A stretch of DNA of 64,000 bases from Candidatus Multivoradales bacterium. GTDB lineage: Bacteria > Acidobacteriota > Thermoanaerobaculia > Multivoradales > Multivoraceae. The stretch is from assembly GCA_965223325.1 (NCBI GenBank), contig CBDCWI010000001.1:1184001-1248000 (forward strand), given 5' to 3'. Below the pieces are notes generated by a model. The model made no database searches. It was not told the DNA's origin and saw only the letters and a program-made list of their open reading frames with translations. Positions 20,283 through 27,962 of the stretch are shown piece after piece (position 1 is the first letter of the stretch; each line of letters opens with the position of its first letter). Made by a program: the position numbers and the translations under genes.

Positions 20283-20509
20283 ATCCAGGGACTTTTCGAG
20301 GGGTTCTCGAGACGCTCGAGAGGAGTAGCGTGTTTCCAGGGTCAAGACATCTCAGGATCGTAGCGTCGAGTGGACGCTCCTGTGTTTGGCTTCCGTAATT
20401 CGATGAGACCACCGGACCGACCTACCCCCTTGGGCGTCCTCTCTCCTTTCTACTGTGACCGGGGAACTTCCTTTCCGTCCTCGGTACACCCGTAAGAATC
20501 CGCGTTTAT

Positions 20510-20533
20510 GATACTCTGTATCGTATGCGATAC
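20510..20533 (+). promoter_or_regulatory. Putative autoregulatory operator (GATAC/GTATC half-sites overlapping the start codon)
   Basis: GATAC 20510-14, GTATC 20518-22, GATAC 20529-33 form two overlapping palindromes around ATG 20525. Confidence 0.5.
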
Positions 20534-21052
20534 ACGGAGATTCGCCAGACCTTGCGCGCTGCTCGTGTCGAAAAGGGAATGACGCAGAGGGAGCTGGCCG
20601 AGAGCAGCGGAACGAGTCGAGTCACGATCGCCCGCATCGAGGCTGGTTCCGCCGGCGATGTTCGCATGGGGACGATCACCTCTCTGTGCGACGCCCTGGG
20701 GCTCGAAATTGTGCTCGAGCCCGCTGGCGCCGGGCGGGCCCTCGCGACCCGTCTGGCACGTGAGCAGGAAAAGAACCGTCGTCTCGAGCTTCGCCGTCGG
20801 CACGCGTTACTGGGAGCGCGACTGCTTTGCGAGCCGGCGCCCTCAGCAGCCGCCCTCGTGTCGGAGGCACGGGCCGCCGTGGATCGCTGGGAACGCGAGA
20901 ACCTTTGTAGTGATCACTACGTGACACGTTGGCGCACAGCGCTCGCCGGCCCAGTCGAGAGTGTGGCGGCTGCCCTCTTCAGCCAAACCGAATGGAGTGA
21001 CGCGCTGTTTCAGAATTCACCCTGGGGCTTCGCCCTGGAGGCCGCTGGGTAG
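20525..21052 (+). CDS. XRE-family HTH protein with C-terminal helical domain, putative antitoxin
   Basis: LRAARVEKGMTQRELAESSGTSRVTIARIEAG HTH. Its stop overlaps the next start. Confidence 0.8.
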   Translation: MRYTEIRQTLRAARVEKGMTQRELAESSGTSRVTIARIEAGSAGDVRMGTITSLCDALGLEIVLEPAGAGRALATRLAREQEKNRRLELRRRHALLGARLLCEPAPSAAALVSEARAAVDRWERENLCSDHYVTRWRTALAGPVESVAAALFSQTEWSDALFQNSPWGFALEAAG

Positions 21053-21591
21053 TGAGGCGTGAGGATCTCCGCCGCCTCTTCAAGAGGGCGCGCGACCTAT
21101 GTGGTGAAACGGACTACGTCGTCGTCGGCAGCCTTTCGATCCTCGGCTACGCCGGCTCAGTGCCGCCGCGCATGGCGGCATCGATTGATGTCCGCGCCTA
21201 CTGCCGTCATGAGCCGGAGCGGATCTTCGACCTCGCCTCGGAGCTCGGTCAGGGCAGCCCGTTCGAGTCCGAGTACGGCTACTACCTCGATCCAATCTCC
21301 CCGCGCCTGCCAACCCTCCCCGAAGGCTGGTCAGATCGCCTCACACGAATCGAGCTTGCGCCCGACCTCGCTCTGTGGTTCCTCGAACCGAACGACGCGG
21401 CGGTCTCAAAGTACGCCCGCCTGGAGCCACGCGACCGCGAGTGGATCCGTCCCGGCCTGACAGCCGGCGTTCTCTCGGTCGCGATTCTCGAACAGCGCTT
21501 CCGGAAGACGACCTTCCTCGACCTCGAGGAGTCGTCACGCGCCCGCAAAGCCTTCGACGAAGACTGCCGATGGCTCGAAGCGGACGGTTGA
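21052..21591 (+). CDS. DUF6036-like nucleotidyltransferase-fold protein, putative toxin
   Basis: VVVGSLSILG, LGQGSPF...YGYYLD, LPEGWSDRL, LEPND.AVSK..R...RDRE. Confidence 0.72.
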   Translation: MRREDLRRLFKRARDLCGETDYVVVGSLSILGYAGSVPPRMAASIDVRAYCRHEPERIFDLASELGQGSPFESEYGYYLDPISPRLPTLPEGWSDRLTRIELAPDLALWFLEPNDAAVSKYARLEPRDREWIRPGLTAGVLSVAILEQRFRKTTFLDLEESSRARKAFDEDCRWLEADG

Positions 21592-21605
21592 ACTGGCCGG
21601 AACCG

Positions 21606-23768
21606 CTACCCAACCTTGATCGGGATCGAGCTCGTCGCCTCTTTGCCGTTGGTTACGTTCTTTACCGTGACCACCAGGAGGTATTCACCGGGCTTTGCTT
21701 TTCCCGGCTTGAAGGTGGCAGAGAGCTGTGAGCGACCATCGCTGCCCTGGGCGCCATCGGCGAGGGCTACTTCGGCGGTGCCGCCGGCTTCACCTTCGTC
21801 GGTGAAGAGTTGCGCATCAACATTCAACGAACCGGCTCCCAGGCCGTAGGCGACGAGGCTTATCGGAGTGTCGCCCTTGGCGACGGGGGGTACTGCCGAC
21901 GGAATGAAGGGCTGGCCGTCGCGGAGGAAGGGGAACTCGACGCCCTGGCGCTGATCCTTCTCTTCCTCCCGCAAGAGGACCCAACGATCCGGTGCTTCGG
22001 GAAAGAAGGCGGGAAGCAGGATGGGCCCGGCCGAGGGGCCGGGGGCTGTGACCTCGGTGGTGGCCAGACCGTGACGACCGGTGGCGTCGTTGCGCACCAG
22101 AACGCGGACAGAGTATTTGCCCGGCTCGAGGTCGAAGTGGCCCCAGTACTTGAGGCCGGTCTTCTCGAAGGTCGGGCCGGCACCGTTCTTGTCGATTCCG
22201 ATCTTGCGCACGAAGAAATCGCGCACTGTTCCATCACTGTCGAGCGCGTAGGCGTAGATCTCAACCGGTAACTCCGACCCTTCGAGCCCTTCGGCGAGGG
22301 TCGACCCGCCGATCTCAACCAGCACGGGCACATAACTGTCTTCACTGGGAACGTCGAAGCCACCGGCAAGCACCGCAACGTCGACGGGACCACCGGCGAC
22401 ACCACCAACGATCTGCTCAGCCGAGCCGAGCACGCGCTCGAAGCGGTTGGTGTTGGCATAGCCTCTGGGCGGGTAGTAGCCAGGGCGATGCACCACGTCG
22501 GTGCCGCGGCCGCCACCGTTCTTGAGGCGCACCCGGATCTTGTGGTACTTCTCGTCGTTCGCTTTGAGAGTCGGCTGGAAGGCGAGCAGGTAGGTGACGC
22601 TGGTTTTGTCGAGAACCGACTCCATGGCGGTACCGAGATTGGTGAAGTTCGAGTACATCTCACCGCCGGTGTCCTTGGCCATCATGAACAGCGAGTCGCG
22701 CTTCGATTCGGCTTCGCCGCGCACGAGCCCGGCGACATCGACTGCCTGAATCGTGCAGTTGGCGCGATTGAACTCCTCGAGCATGCGGGTCATCGCACCC
22801 TGTGCTGCTGTATCGCCGTAGATCGCCTCGTTGTCGACTTTCCATGTCTGGCCGTCGGCGGCGTTCTGGGCGTTCTCCAGAAGAGTCGCCTGGTCTTCCG
22901 AGGTCAGACCGCGGTTGCCCACCAGGACAGACGAATCGAAACCCTCCGACATGAAGACCACGTACTTGTTGCCTTGGATACCAGCCATCATGCGCGCGAA
23001 GCCGGTCATCGAACTGGTGAGCGCACCCACCTTGCTGGCCATCTCCTGGCGTGCCTCACGCGAGCGCATGGTGGAGAGATCGCGCCGGGTCTCAGCAGCA
23101 ATCGCGTCGGCGTCGACCTGGCCGCCAGTGCCGCCGTCATCGCCGAGAATCAGGTCGCCTGAGATGTCGCTGCGCACATCGCCAATGACGAGGCCGAGCG
23201 GATCGCGCACCGACTCAGATTGCGTCTGGTTGGCAACGCCCAGGGTCTGGATGGCGTGCCGGATCTGGTTGCGATCTGAAGTGAAACCGAGCACCAGGTT
23301 GGGTTGGTTGTTGTAGGTCGCAACCGCCACCAGGTCGGTGGGGTGAAGCGAGTTCAAGACGAGGTCGGCCGCTTCTTTGCGGGCACGCCCGATCGAGTCG
23401 GGCTCTGAGAAGTAGAGGTCGAAAAGCACCAGGAAGTGCCGGCGGGCGGCGACCGGGACCGGCTCGGTCACGTCGCCGGTTTCGGTGCTCAGATCGACGA
23501 CGTCGAAGCCAACGATCGGTTGCTCCTTGCGCCCGTCGAGAATCTCGAAGTCATCCTGGGTGAGACCGCGAACTGGTTCACCGTTCCGGATGACCTGAAC
23601 GGGCACTTCGACGACGGTGACGTTGGTGGTGTCCGAAAAGCGATCGCGGCCGCGCTGGGCATCGGCTGGTGTCGCTGCGAGCAACACTGCCGAGAAAAGT
23701 CCGAGCGCTACCGCAGCGCGCGGCAGGGATGAGAGGTTCTTCTTCGTGGACTTCGTCGTGGACGACAT
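21606..23768 (-). CDS. Exported VWA domain protein (Acidobacterial type)
   Basis: Signal peptide. VEVPVQV..NGEPVRGLT.DDF, RRHFLVLFDLYFS, KYVVFMSEGF, MAKDTGG, TYLLAF. Confidence 0.85.
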   Translation of the reverse strand: MSSTTKSTKKNLSSLPRAAVALGLFSAVLLAATPADAQRGRDRFSDTTNVTVVEVPVQVIRNGEPVRGLTQDDFEILDGRKEQPIVGFDVVDLSTETGDVTEPVPVAARRHFLVLFDLYFSEPDSIGRARKEAADLVLNSLHPTDLVAVATYNNQPNLVLGFTSDRNQIRHAIQTLGVANQTQSESVRDPLGLVIGDVRSDISGDLILGDDGGTGGQVDADAIAAETRRDLSTMRSREARQEMASKVGALTSSMTGFARMMAGIQGNKYVVFMSEGFDSSVLVGNRGLTSEDQATLLENAQNAADGQTWKVDNEAIYGDTAAQGAMTRMLEEFNRANCTIQAVDVAGLVRGEAESKRDSLFMMAKDTGGEMYSNFTNLGTAMESVLDKTSVTYLLAFQPTLKANDEKYHKIRVRLKNGGGRGTDVVHRPGYYPPRGYANTNRFERVLGSAEQIVGGVAGGPVDVAVLAGGFDVPSEDSYVPVLVEIGGSTLAEGLEGSELPVEIYAYALDSDGTVRDFFVRKIGIDKNGAGPTFEKTGLKYWGHFDLEPGKYSVRVLVRNDATGRHGLATTEVTAPGPSAGPILLPAFFPEAPDRWVLLREEEKDQRQGVEFPFLRDGQPFIPSAVPPVAKGDTPISLVAYGLGAGSLNVDAQLFTDEGEAGGTAEVALADGAQGSDGRSQLSATFKPGKAKPGEYLLVVTVKNVTNGKEATSSIPIKVG

Positions 23769-23837
23769 GACTTCTCCTGGTCGTAGGGCGCGTCCACGTC
23801 CGCCCCGATCAGTCCTCCCTGGCGGGAGAGCGAGGCC

Positions 23838-26030
23838 TCAGGGGTCGACGCGCAACGGAATCGAGTTCGTGTGCCGAGTCTTCGTGGCGGGGTCAGTAAC
23901 CGCCACCTCCAGTGTGTAGTGACCCGTCGCAAGGCTATCTGACTCGAGGGTCGCATAGAGCTTGTCGAGGCCATCGATCCCTGTGACGGTTCGCTCCCGG
24001 AAATCTAGGGGATTCTCCGAAACCACCGTCCCGTCCTCGGCGAGAACCCTTGATTCGAGGTCGATCTGACCCTTTCCGAGGTTGTAGGCCACCAGGCAGA
24101 GCTCAGACATCGATTCGCTACCGATCCCGGGATAGGCGGCCGGAATGTACGGCTCGCCATTGACGGTAAAGGGATAGACCGTGGTGCTCTGGTAGGCGTC
24201 GTCCTGTTCGCGAACGAGAAACCAGGAGCCCGTGTCTTCGAGAAAGAACGGTGGCAGAAGCTGCGGTTCGCCGAGCTCGTACAGAGGCACGGTCATCTCT
24301 TTGGTGCGTACCGTGGTCGCCCCGGTCACCGCGTTGCGCACCAGCACGCGCAGCAGATAGTCGCCGGGCGTCAGGTCGACGTGACCGTAGTACTTGAGAC
24401 CCGTCTCAGCAAACATCGAGCGGCGATTGCCCTCGGAAAGGTCGAAGCTCACCATCTGTGTGAAGAAGTCACGCATCTCGCCCTTGTCGTTGGTGACGTA
24501 GGTGTAGAGCTCGACAGGGAGCAAGTCGTTCTCGAGACCCGCCAGGAGACCTTCTCCGCCCACCTCGATGATGACCGGCACGTAGGCCTGCTCTTCATTG
24601 GCTCTAAACGGCGCCGCTAAGACGTCGACATCGAGATCTTCCTTGCCGGCGGCCGAGGCGATCAGGTCGGAGGCCAACAGGCTTTTCTCCATCGGGTGGA
24701 GTTCATCGAACGGGCGCGGCACGAAGTAACCCATTCGATGCGAAACCTGGGAACCACGCGGCGCGTTGACCTTGACTTTGAGGCGGCGATGGTCGCCGGC
24801 ATCGCCGAGTTCGGTGGGCTTGAAGCTCAACAGGTACGTCACCGTCGATGAGTCGAGCACCTCGGCGAGTTCCTCGCCGAAGTCGTTGGCGTCTTCGTAG
24901 AGCCGGCCGCCGGTCTCGTTGGCGATGTAGAACAGAGCGTCTCTGCCCACGCGGCGAGCCCGATCTTCGCTGGGCAGATCGGCACGCAGACCCGAGATGT
25001 CGACCGCCTGAATCGTGCAGTTCGCTTTCCGGAACTCATCGAGCATCAACGCCACCTGCACCTGCAGCTGGGTATTGCCGTAGCGGTCGTCGGTGTCGAC
25101 CATGAAGTACTGCCCGTCCTCGACGGCGCGCAGTTCGTCCTGCATTTCCTCGTCGAAGAAATCCGGTTGACGCCCGAGCAGCAGGCGCCCATCGAAACCC
25201 TCACTGAACAGCACGACGTGCTTGCGGCCTTCCACCGAGTCGAGCAACCGTGCCATCTCCTTCATCGAGTGGCTCCACGAGGTGATCTGGCCGCGCGCGT
25301 AGCTCTTCTCCATCTTGGCCATTTGCTTGCCGATGACCTGCAGGTAGGCGCTGACGCTGTTTTCGAGCGATGCAACTCCGTCTGAGACACCGCCAACATC
25401 GCGCGCCGACTGTGTTTGGCCGCTGTCGGGAGAGTCGATCATGAATCGCAGCGGATCGCGCGTTGCCAGTTTGAGCAGGCGAGGGTTGCCCATGGTGGTG
25501 ATAGCCCGCGCCAGCTGGGTGCGGTCAGGGGTAAACGTCACCAGCAGCTGGGTCCCGCCCTCGACGGTATGGACGGCCACGGCGGCGAGATCGGCCGGGT
25601 GCATGTTCTCGAGCACGAACTCCTGGGCCGCCTGGCGAGCGCGTGCCAGCGATGTCGGCGGAGAGAACGACAGGTCAAAGAGCAGCAGAAAGTGGCGGCG
25701 AGCCGCAGGCGGGACGTCGTACTCGATGTCCATGACCCGGTCGGGCGAAGGCTCGATCGTCGCCAGATCGACAACCCTGAAGTTGGTGAGCTCTTGGACC
25801 TTCCCTTCATCGAGCACCTGGAAGTCTTCTGCAGTCAGCCCGCGAACCGGCTCACCGTTGCGCGCATAGACATTGACCGGCACCTGCACTTCGATGACTC
25901 GCGCCTGATCATCGAAGGTGTCGAGTGCCGGGCGAGGAGCGGCTTCCTCCTGCGCTACCAACGCGCCGCCTCCACACAGCGCAAAGACTCCGGCGAACAA
26001 CAACTGGCGGAAGGCGGGTGGACGTCTCAT
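23838..26030 (-). CDS. Exported VWA domain protein (Acidobacterial type), paralog of 21606..23768
   Basis: Signal peptide. RRHFLLLFDLSFS (intact DxSxS MIDAS), GRKHVVLFSEGF, IANETGG. Confidence 0.87.
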   Translation of the reverse strand: MRRPPAFRQLLFAGVFALCGGGALVAQEEAAPRPALDTFDDQARVIEVQVPVNVYARNGEPVRGLTAEDFQVLDEGKVQELTNFRVVDLATIEPSPDRVMDIEYDVPPAARRHFLLLFDLSFSPPTSLARARQAAQEFVLENMHPADLAAVAVHTVEGGTQLLVTFTPDRTQLARAITTMGNPRLLKLATRDPLRFMIDSPDSGQTQSARDVGGVSDGVASLENSVSAYLQVIGKQMAKMEKSYARGQITSWSHSMKEMARLLDSVEGRKHVVLFSEGFDGRLLLGRQPDFFDEEMQDELRAVEDGQYFMVDTDDRYGNTQLQVQVALMLDEFRKANCTIQAVDISGLRADLPSEDRARRVGRDALFYIANETGGRLYEDANDFGEELAEVLDSSTVTYLLSFKPTELGDAGDHRRLKVKVNAPRGSQVSHRMGYFVPRPFDELHPMEKSLLASDLIASAAGKEDLDVDVLAAPFRANEEQAYVPVIIEVGGEGLLAGLENDLLPVELYTYVTNDKGEMRDFFTQMVSFDLSEGNRRSMFAETGLKYYGHVDLTPGDYLLRVLVRNAVTGATTVRTKEMTVPLYELGEPQLLPPFFLEDTGSWFLVREQDDAYQSTTVYPFTVNGEPYIPAAYPGIGSESMSELCLVAYNLGKGQIDLESRVLAEDGTVVSENPLDFRERTVTGIDGLDKLYATLESDSLATGHYTLEVAVTDPATKTRHTNSIPLRVDP

Positions 26031-26231
26031 CTTGGTTTCCTTCCGGGGCTGGTCGTGCTCAAGCCAGGCGCCGCCCGGGGCGCATCGCGAGCGTCAGGGA
26101 GCTGGTGTGGAACGTCATGAGGGGCATCCATTCTAGCATTCTGAGACACGTATCCATCAGCGCCTGGGACGAGTTCTCACTCATAGCTACGGCTTGCTAC
26201 GGCGCAAAAGCGCATGCAGTTCGCCGTTCCT

Positions 26232-27431
26232 TCATGCACCATCGCCACCACCAGTGGCTGGCGCGCGCGCCGCGGCACGCAACATGGCCGCGTACTTGCG
26301 TGCCTCGTCGTGGGTCGCATCGAGCCGCAGGGCGCGCTCGACGTGATGTTTGGCCTCTTTGGTCTTGCCGACGGCCAGATAGACGCGGACCAGGCCAATG
26401 TGGACCTCGGGCAGCTCTGAGTCGGCCTTGAAGGCGCGCCGCATGTAGTCGAGGGCGGTGACGGTGTCGCCGCGCGCCAGCGCGACATCTCCTCGGTAGA
26501 TGTAGAAGAACGGACTTGCCTGTTCCTGTTCTTCGAGTCGATCGAGGACCTGGTTGGCCGCCGCGTCATCGCCGGCCTGCTGGTAGGCACGTGCCAGGTT
26601 GCTCAAGAGAGGCGTGTTGTCGGGGTGGAGCTCGAGACCTTTCTCGTAGATCGCGATCGCGCCCGCGGTGTCGCCGGTGCGCAAGCGCACGATGCCGAGG
26701 TTGTTGGCGGCCTTGTCGAAGTCTGGCGCCACGGATGTTGCGATCTCGAGCCAGGTCTTCGCCTCATCGACCTGACCGCGCATCAGGGCCTCGGCGCCGA
26801 GGTTGTTGTAGTAGTGCGCCATCGCCGCCAGGTCCGAGATCGGCTGAAAGTCGCGGTAGGACTTGGCGCGGTAGGGCAGGAAGTCGTAGGTGGCGAGTTT
26901 CCCGTCGACCCGCAAGCCCGCGACGATATGGCCGCGCGAAACCACGACTCCGTCCTGATAGTTCCAGCGCTGGTAGTCCTCGACCTCGACGTAGAAGGGA
27001 TTGAGGCGCCGCTCGCGCGCGACACCCACGAACAGGTTGACGAACGACAGGCAGTTGGCCTGACCGGTGACAAAGGCCTCCCAGGCGTTCTTCGTCGGCT
27101 GGAGCGAGTACTCGAGGCCGACGTGACCGAAGATGAAGTCGAGCACCGCATCCCGGCGCCGGTCTTCTCCACCGGCCAGCGGCACCCTCCCCTCCATTTC
27201 TTCGAGGACCTGCGGCTGGAGCGCGAACGGGACCTCGAACAGGTGGTGATACTCGGGGGCGACGCGCTGCCGGAACTGGTCTTCGAGACCCGGAGCGTCA
27301 TCGAAAGTCTGGAGCTCGGCGCAGCTAAAGAGCGTTGTGGCCGCGATGAGAAGAGCGGTGAATAGGCCAGGCCGCCCACCTCGGCGGTCAGAGTAGCCGT
27401 CTGGCGGCTGCGTGAGCGGGTGCAGCTTCAT
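26232..27431 (-). CDS. Transglutaminase-like domain + TPR lipoprotein
   Basis: LFSC lipobox-like site. ANCLSF, GHI and YDF as candidate Cys-His-Asp triad. C-terminal TPRs (YYNNLGA, ANNLGIV, LLSNLA). Confidence 0.75.
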   Translation of the reverse strand: MKLHPLTQPPDGYSDRRGGRPGLFTALLIAATTLFSCAELQTFDDAPGLEDQFRQRVAPEYHHLFEVPFALQPQVLEEMEGRVPLAGGEDRRRDAVLDFIFGHVGLEYSLQPTKNAWEAFVTGQANCLSFVNLFVGVARERRLNPFYVEVEDYQRWNYQDGVVVSRGHIVAGLRVDGKLATYDFLPYRAKSYRDFQPISDLAAMAHYYNNLGAEALMRGQVDEAKTWLEIATSVAPDFDKAANNLGIVRLRTGDTAGAIAIYEKGLELHPDNTPLLSNLARAYQQAGDDAAANQVLDRLEEQEQASPFFYIYRGDVALARGDTVTALDYMRRAFKADSELPEVHIGLVRVYLAVGKTKEAKHHVERALRLDATHDEARKYAAMLRAAARAPATGGGDGA

Positions 27432-27747
27432 TCAGTTCTCCCAGGAGCAGATTGTCGACACTTCCTATGCACCCCTGATACCGGACCCGCGGCACCGGGG
27501 GGTCGTACCGCCAGATCGTAAGGGGAGCCGCGGCCGCCGGCGAACTCGCGAGGTCTCAAGACCGCTACGTTTCCTAGACATACGAGCTATACGCCTTTCG
27601 TCTCCTTCAAGGTCTTGGAGAAATCCTCAATCATTTGAATTCAGACGCGAGGTTCGCCACCTCAGAGACGAGACCAGAAACAACCGATCCCCTTTTGATC
27701 CCCAAAAACGGGGCGTTCGCCCCTCATCCCACTTTCTCGGCCGTTCG

Positions 27748-27763
27748 TGGCATCAAGGTTGCT
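27748..27763 (+). promoter_or_regulatory. Sigma-54 (-24/-12) promoter of TonB receptor 1
   Basis: TGGCATCAAGGTTGCT = GG-N10-GC, matching the TGGCAC-N5-TTGCW consensus, about 200 nt upstream of ATG 27963. Confidence 0.7.
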
Positions 27764-27962
27764 CTCCATCCCGGCAAGAATTCGTGGGACAACTGAAGGT
27801 CGTCCCGTTCACCGACGGGGGGAATCGCTCGAACGAGGTAGCAGCTCACTGGAATTCGTGGAAATCGGAGCCACCTGGCACCCTGACCACGGCCTTCCTG
27901 AGCCAGGTACCAAAGGGCGTTCACCACCCCACAAACCCAATTGAAGGGGAGTTGCTTCAAAC

